Below the pieces are notes generated by a model. That model did not search any database, was not told the origin of the DNA, and worked only from the letters and a program-made list of their open reading frames with translations. The position numbers were made by a program, and so were the translations under genes. A stretch of DNA of 11,933 nt from a virus. Positions 7,297 through 11,933 of this stretch are shown here, piece by piece (position 1 is the stretch's first letter; each line of letters begins with the position of its first letter). The stretch lies in UHGV virus genome UHGV-0293518; one strand, 5' to 3'.

Positions 7297-7634
7297 CGCG
7301 GGAAATGCAGTTTGTCATGCGGCTTGCCCGGGAGTTCCGGCGGGCAGACTGGCGGCGGATGCTGTCGGAAATGTCGGCCACTGAGCTTGGTGAGTGGGGC
7401 GATTATTTCCGGATGCAGAGCTTCAGTGATGTGTGGATGGATGCGCAGTTTGCCTCGCTGAAGGCATTGATCGTGAGAATGGTGTCCGGCAGTAGTGATG
7501 CTGCGGTGGCTGATTTCAGCCTTTTACCGGAAGAGAACGGGATACCGGAGCGAACGGACGAAGAACTGATGCATCTTGGGGAAGGTATTTCCGGAGGTGT
7601 GCGTTATGGACCAGATAGCCAACCTGGTCATTGA
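7290..7634 (+). CDS. T: Tail assembly protein gpT-like, expressed as a G-T fusion by -1 frameshift (T-frame portion)
   Basis: The -1 frame downstream of G encodes ...MRLAREFRRADWRRML...GEGISGGVRYGP, resembling lambda gpT as recalled (MRLAREFRRPDWRAML ... GIAGGVRYG). There is no convincing independent start or Shine-Dalgarno, which fits frameshift-dependent expression as in lambda. The 3' end overlaps the H start. Confidence 0.7.
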   Translation, partial: VLTREMQFVMRLAREFRRADWRRMLSEMSATELGEWGDYFRMQSFSDVWMDAQFASLKALIVRMVSGSSDAAVADFSLLPEENGIPERTDEELMHLGEGISGGVRYGPDSQPGH

Positions 7635-10563
7635 TTTGGGGATTGATGCGGCAGAGTTTAAAAATGAAATCCCCCGTATCAAAAACCTTCTGAATGGTGC
7701 AGCCAGCGATGCAGAACGGTCTTCTGCCCGTATGCAGCGTTTTATGGAGCGTCAGACTCAGGCCGCCCGGCAGACAACGCAGGCGGCTTCTTCGGCTGCA
7801 ACAGCCGCATCCGTCCATGCGCAGACGGTGGAGAAGAACGCACAGGCTCATGAACGCATGGCCCGCGAGGTGGAGAAAACCCGCCAGCGCATGGAGGCGC
7901 TGAGCCAGAAAATGCGCGAGGAACAGGCGCAGGCCATGGCTCTGGCGGAGGCTCAGGATAAAGCAGCTGCTGCGTTTTATCGTCAGATTGACAGTGTGAA
8001 ACAGGCCAGTGCGGGGCTGCAGGAATTACAGCGTATTCAGCAGCAGATCCGACAGGCCAGAAACAGTGGCGGGATTGGTCAGCAGGATTATCTGGCGCTG
8101 ATTTCTGAGGTTACGGCGAAAACCCGTGTTCTTACGCAGGCTGAGGAAGAGTCTACCCGACAGAAAGTGGCGTTTATCCGTCAGCTTAAAGAGCAGGCAA
8201 CCCGCCAGAATCTTTCTTCTTCTGAGTTGCTTCGTGCCAGGGCTGCCCAGCTGGGGGTAAGCAGTGCTGCAGAAGTGTATATCCGCAAAATGGAGCAGGC
8301 AGGAAAAGCCACGCATTCGCTGGGTCTGAAAAGTGCAGCAGCCCGCCAGGAGATAGGCGTTCTGATAGGTGAACTGGCCCGTGGCAATTTAGGAGCGCTG
8401 AGGGGATCCGGGATAACGCTGGCTAACCGTGCCGGATGGATAGACACACTGATGTCACCGAAAGGCATGATGCTGGGCGGGGTTATTGGCGGTATTGCCG
8501 CGGCCGTCTATGGTCTGGGTAAAGCCTGGTATGACGGTCAGAAGGAGGGGGAAGAATTTAACCGCCAGCTGTCACTGACGGGGCATTATGCCGGAGTCAC
8601 TGCCGGGCAGCTGTGGACGCTCAGTCGTGCTATTTCCGGGAATGGTATCACGCAACATGCTGCAGCCGGTGCGCTGGCTCAGGTGGTGGGGAGTGGTGCA
8701 TTTCGTGGAAACGATATCGGTATGGTGGCGAGAGCTGCCGCACAGATGGAGCGATCGGTTGGCCAGTCGGTCAGCGATACCATAAATCAGTTTAAGCGGC
8801 TGAAGGATGATCCTGTAAATGCCGCGAAGGCTCTGGACAATGAGCTGCATTTTCTTACTGCCACTCAGCTTGAGCAGATACGCGTCCTTGGGGATCAGGG
8901 GCGGTCCAGTGATGCTGCACGGATAGCCATGTCTGCACTGGCAGAGGAAACCGGTCGGCGTACTGCGGATATTGATAATAACCTCAATGCGCTGGGCAGT
9001 ACGCTGAAGTATCTGTCTGATTTATGGAGTCGTTTCTGGGATGCGGCCATGAATATTGGTCGTGAAGACTCGCTGGATGAACAGATTGCCGCTTTACAGG
9101 AGAAAGTGTCGCGGGCGAAAAGACTCCCCTGGACGGCATCATCTTCTCAGGTTGAATACGATCAGCAGCGTCTTAACGATCTTCAGGAGAAAAAACGCCA
9201 GAAGGATTTGCAGGATGCAAAAGAGCAGGCAGAGCGGAATTATCAGGAGCAACAGAAACGCCGTAATGCTGAAAATGCTGCACTGAACCGGATGAATGAA
9301 ACGGAAGCTGCACGACATCAGCGTGAAATTGCGCGTATTAATGCCATGCAGTACGCCGATCAGGCTGTCAGGGATGCGGCGATACAACGTGAAAATGAAC
9401 GTTACGAGAAAGCCCTGGCATCCGGTAAGAAAAAAACACGCGAAACCCGTAATGATGAGGCCACCCGGTTATTGCTGCAGTACAGTCAGCAACAGGCACA
9501 GGTGGAAGGACAGATTGCTGCTGCCAGACAGTCAGCAGGCATTGCCACGGAAAGGATGACAGAAGCGCATAAACAGCTTCTGGCTCTGCAGCAGCGCATC
9601 AGCGACCTGGACGGGAAAAAACTGACGGCAGATGAAAAGAGTGTGCTGGCCCGTAAAGATGAACTGATTCAGGCACTGACGCTGCTGGATGTAAAACAGC
9701 AGGAGCTTCAGAAACAGACGGCACTCAACGAGCTGAAGAAAAAAACAATTCAGCTGACCAGTCAACTGGCTGAAGAAGAGCGCGCTCAGCGTCAGCAACA
9801 TGACCTGGATATCGCCACGGTGGGTATGGGTGATCAGCAGCGACAGCGATATCAGGTACAACTGAGTCTTCGCCAGAAATACCAGCAACAGCTGGAGCAG
9901 TTGAGGCGGGATAGTGAGCAGAAAGGGACATATAACACGGATGACTACAGAAAGGCCGAGCAGGCGCTGACGGAGAGCCTGAACCGACAACTGAATGAGA
10001 ATCGCCGTTACTGGCAACAGCTTGAAGTTGTGCAGGGTAACTGGAAAAACGGAGTCCTGCGTGCATTTCAGGATTTTACCGTGGATGCAGATAATACGGC
10101 AGAAACAGCAGAACAGGTGTTCTCGTCAGCCTTCAGCAACATGGGAAATGGCCTGGCAACTTTTGTCACTACCGGCAAACTCAATTTCAAATCCTTCACC
10201 TCTTCTGTGCTGTCAGATATGGCGAAAATCCTGGCGCAGGCAACCATGATGAAATCGATAAAAGGGATTGGCAGTGTATCAGAGCCGAAAGTGGTGACAG
10301 TGAAGCTGGGCGATGGTTATGAACAGCGTCGTGCGGCGGGACTGAATAACCAGTTGTCGACTTACAGCGTGACGATACGTGTTCGTAAATGTGAACACCC
10401 ATCTTTAAAAGCCTTTCTGGAACGGCACGGTGGCGTCCGTGCATTTCAGTGGACGCCACCTTATGACTGGAAACCGATCAGGGTGGTTTGTCGTAAATGG
10501 TCGGCAAGCGTGGGGGCGCTGTGGGTAACCATAACGGCAGATTTTGAACAGGTCGTGGCATAG
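7606..10563 (+). CDS. H: Tape measure protein (gpH-like) fused in frame to the C-terminal ~95 aa of minor tail protein gpM-like (H-M chimeric ORF)
   Basis: N-terminus MDQIANLVIDLGIDAAEF parallels lambda gpH (MAEPVGDLVVDLSLDAARF) as recalled. The body is a long Q/A/E/R-rich coiled-coil-like region with a Gly-rich hydrophobic patch (MMLGGVIGGIAAAVYGLGKAWYDG). From about nt 10276 the sequence (VSEPKVVTVKLGDGYEQRRAAGLNNQLSTYSVT...FLERHGGVRAFQWTPPYDWKPIRVVCRKWS...ADFEQVVA) follows lambda gpM. GGAGGTG lies 8 nt before ATG 7606. No separate M gene exists before L. Confidence 0.8.
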   Translation: MDQIANLVIDLGIDAAEFKNEIPRIKNLLNGAASDAERSSARMQRFMERQTQAARQTTQAASSAATAASVHAQTVEKNAQAHERMAREVEKTRQRMEALSQKMREEQAQAMALAEAQDKAAAAFYRQIDSVKQASAGLQELQRIQQQIRQARNSGGIGQQDYLALISEVTAKTRVLTQAEEESTRQKVAFIRQLKEQATRQNLSSSELLRARAAQLGVSSAAEVYIRKMEQAGKATHSLGLKSAAARQEIGVLIGELARGNLGALRGSGITLANRAGWIDTLMSPKGMMLGGVIGGIAAAVYGLGKAWYDGQKEGEEFNRQLSLTGHYAGVTAGQLWTLSRAISGNGITQHAAAGALAQVVGSGAFRGNDIGMVARAAAQMERSVGQSVSDTINQFKRLKDDPVNAAKALDNELHFLTATQLEQIRVLGDQGRSSDAARIAMSALAEETGRRTADIDNNLNALGSTLKYLSDLWSRFWDAAMNIGREDSLDEQIAALQEKVSRAKRLPWTASSSQVEYDQQRLNDLQEKKRQKDLQDAKEQAERNYQEQQKRRNAENAALNRMNETEAARHQREIARINAMQYADQAVRDAAIQRENERYEKALASGKKKTRETRNDEATRLLLQYSQQQAQVEGQIAAARQSAGIATERMTEAHKQLLALQQRISDLDGKKLTADEKSVLARKDELIQALTLLDVKQQELQKQTALNELKKKTIQLTSQLAEEERAQRQQHDLDIATVGMGDQQRQRYQVQLSLRQKYQQQLEQLRRDSEQKGTYNTDDYRKAEQALTESLNRQLNENRRYWQQLEVVQGNWKNGVLRAFQDFTVDADNTAETAEQVFSSAFSNMGNGLATFVTTGKLNFKSFTSSVLSDMAKILAQATMMKSIKGIGSVSEPKVVTVKLGDGYEQRRAAGLNNQLSTYSVTIRVRKCEHPSLKAFLERHGGVRAFQWTPPYDWKPIRVVCRKWSASVGALWVTITADFEQVVA

Positions 10564-10572
10564 GAGGCTCTG

Positions 10573-11271
10573 ATGCAGGATATTCCACAGGAAACACATC
10601 ATGAGACGACACGCCTCACTCAGTCAGCCCAGGTGGTGCTCTGGGAAATCGATCTGACAGAGGTCGGTGGTGAACGTTATTTTTTCTGTAATGAGCAGAA
10701 CGAAAAAGGTGAGCCGGTTACCTGGCAGGGGCGGCAGTATCAGGCATACCCCATTCAGGGGACAGGATTTGAACTGAACGGCAAGGGCAGTGCTGCCCGT
10801 CCGACACTGACGGTTTCTAACCTGCACGGTATGGTCACCGGGATGGCGGAAGATCTGCAGAGTCTGGTCGGCGGAACGGTGGTCCGGCGTAAGGTTTACG
10901 CCCGTTTTCTGGATGCGGTGAACTTCGTCAACGGAAACAGTGACGCCGACCCGGAGCAGGAGGTGATCAGCCGCTGGCGCATCGAGCAGTGCAGCGAACT
11001 GAGCGCGGTCAGTGCCTCTTTTGTACTGGCCACGCCGACGGAAACGGACGGCGCTGTTTTTCCGGGACGTATCATGCTGGCCAACACCTGCACCTGGACC
11101 TATCGCGGCGATGAGTGCGGTTATCACGGTCCGGCGGTCGCGGATGAATATGACCAGCCAACGTCCGATATCACGAAGGATAAATGCAGCAAATGCCTGA
11201 GCGGTTGTAAGTTCCGCAATAACGTCGGCAACTTTGGCGGCTTCCTTTCCATTAACAAACTTTCGCAGTAA
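10573..11271 (+). CDS. L: Minor tail protein, lambda gpL-like (C-terminal Cys cluster)
   Basis: 232 aa, the same length as lambda gpL, in the correct position. C-terminal cysteine cluster (CTWTYRGDECGYHG ... KCSKCLSGCK) at 11089-11208 is consistent with the Fe-S-binding region described for gpL. AGGAGG lies 5 nt before the ATG. Confidence 0.9.
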   Translation: MQDIPQETHHETTRLTQSAQVVLWEIDLTEVGGERYFFCNEQNEKGEPVTWQGRQYQAYPIQGTGFELNGKGSAARPTLTVSNLHGMVTGMAEDLQSLVGGTVVRRKVYARFLDAVNFVNGNSDADPEQEVISRWRIEQCSELSAVSASFVLATPTETDGAVFPGRIMLANTCTWTYRGDECGYHGPAVADEYDQPTSDITKDKCSKCLSGCKFRNNVGNFGGFLSINKLSQ

Positions 11272-11276
11272 ATCCC

Positions 11277-11933
11277 ATGACAGAAACAGAATCAGCGATT
11301 CTGGCGCACGCCCGGCGATGTGCGCCAGCGGAGTCGTGCGGCTTCGTGGTGAGAACGCCGGAGGGAGAAAGATATTTTCCCTGCGTGAATATCTCCGGTG
11401 AGCCGGAGGAGTATTTCCGGATGTCGCCGGAGGACTGGCTGCGGGCAGAAATGCAGGGTGAGATTGTGGCGCTGGTCCACAGCCACCCCGGTGGTCTGCC
11501 CTGGCTGAGTGAGGCTGACCGGCGGCTGCAGGTGCAGAGTGATTTGCCGTGGTGGCTGGTCTGCCGGGGTGAGATTCATAAATTCCGCTGTGTGCCGCAT
11601 CTCACCGGGCGGCGCTTTGAGCACGGGGTGACGGACTGTTACACGCTGTTCCGGGATGCTTACCATCTGGCGGGGATTGAGATGCCGGATTTTCATCGCG
11701 GGGATGACTGGTGGCGTAACGGTCAGAATCTCTATCTGGATAATCTGGAGGCCACAGGGCTGTATCAGGTGCCGTTGTCAGCGGCGCAGCCGGGCGATGT
11801 GCTGCTGTGCTGTTTTGGTTCATCGGTGCCGAATCATGCCGCTATTTACTGCGGCGACGGCGAGCTGCTGCACCATATTCCTGAACAACTGAGCAAACGA
11901 GAGAGGTATACAGGTCTGCCAGCAAACAGTACC
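11277..11933 (+). CDS. K: Tail assembly protein, lambda gpK-like (MPN/JAMM plus NlpC/P60 domains), 3' end truncated by the window
   Basis: My translation from ATG 11277 (MTETESAILAHARRCAPAESCGFVV...VALVHSHPGGLPWLSEADRRLQVQSDLPWWLVCRG...GVTDCYTLFRDAYHLAG...NHAAIYCGDGELLHHIPEQLSKRERYT) is nearly identical to lambda gpK as I recall it. The ORF is open to the last base of the window. It is absent from the ORF track, presumably because no stop falls inside the window. Confidence 0.9.
   Translation, partial: MTETESAILAHARRCAPAESCGFVVRTPEGERYFPCVNISGEPEEYFRMSPEDWLRAEMQGEIVALVHSHPGGLPWLSEADRRLQVQSDLPWWLVCRGEIHKFRCVPHLTGRRFEHGVTDCYTLFRDAYHLAGIEMPDFHRGDDWWRNGQNLYLDNLEATGLYQVPLSAAQPGDVLLCCFGSSVPNHAAIYCGDGELLHHIPEQLSKRERYTGLPANST

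Noticed and set aside
7299-7305. GGGAAAT heptamer as the G-T slippery site
   Set aside because: It lies downstream of the G stop codon (7294-7296), so ribosomes translating G never reach it in the G frame.
9532-10017. 161-aa minus-strand ORF (also 9725-10066, 10196-10459, 10405-10602 on the minus strand)
   Set aside because: All are antisense to the well-supported tape measure gene. They are low-complexity mirror ORFs typical of the opposite strand of a coiled-coil gene, with no start context.
10624-11127. 167-aa minus-strand ORF antisense to L (and 10896-11093 on the minus strand)
   Set aside because: Antisense to a confidently assigned, full-length gpL homologue. No independent support.
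11292-11823. Minus-strand ORFs 11292-11696 and 11602-11823
   Set aside because: Antisense to the gpK coding sequence, which is nearly identical to lambda K. Spurious GC-rich open frames.
1-11933. CRISPR arrays, tRNA or other structured RNA genes, integrase or transposase
   Set aside because: No direct-repeat/spacer periodicity, no cloverleaf-like candidates noticed, and every long ORF is accounted for by phage morphogenesis genes.

Overview
The window is the late (virion morphogenesis) region of a lambdoid prophage or phage, all on the + strand, with tightly packed and often overlapping genes. The order is: candidate cos site, small terminase, large terminase (gpA family), gpW-like head-tail joining protein, portal, then an abnormal ORF fusing the N-terminal ~87 aa of a ClpP-like prohead protease in frame to the C-terminal ~180 aa of a gpZ-like tail completion protein, followed by lambda-like U, V, G, T (reached by -1 frameshift), H, L and K (K runs off the window end). 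No scaffold, decoration or major capsid gene is present between portal and tail genes, so the capsid block appears deleted. A second in-frame fusion joins the tape measure H to the C-terminal ~95 aa of minor tail protein M, with no separate M gene. The element is therefore most likely a defective, capsid-less prophage remnant with two in-frame deletions, though misassembly cannot be excluded from sequence alone. Homology calls rest on my recall of lambda protein sequences, not on a database search. No tRNA, rRNA, CRISPR array, integrase or repressor was seen.
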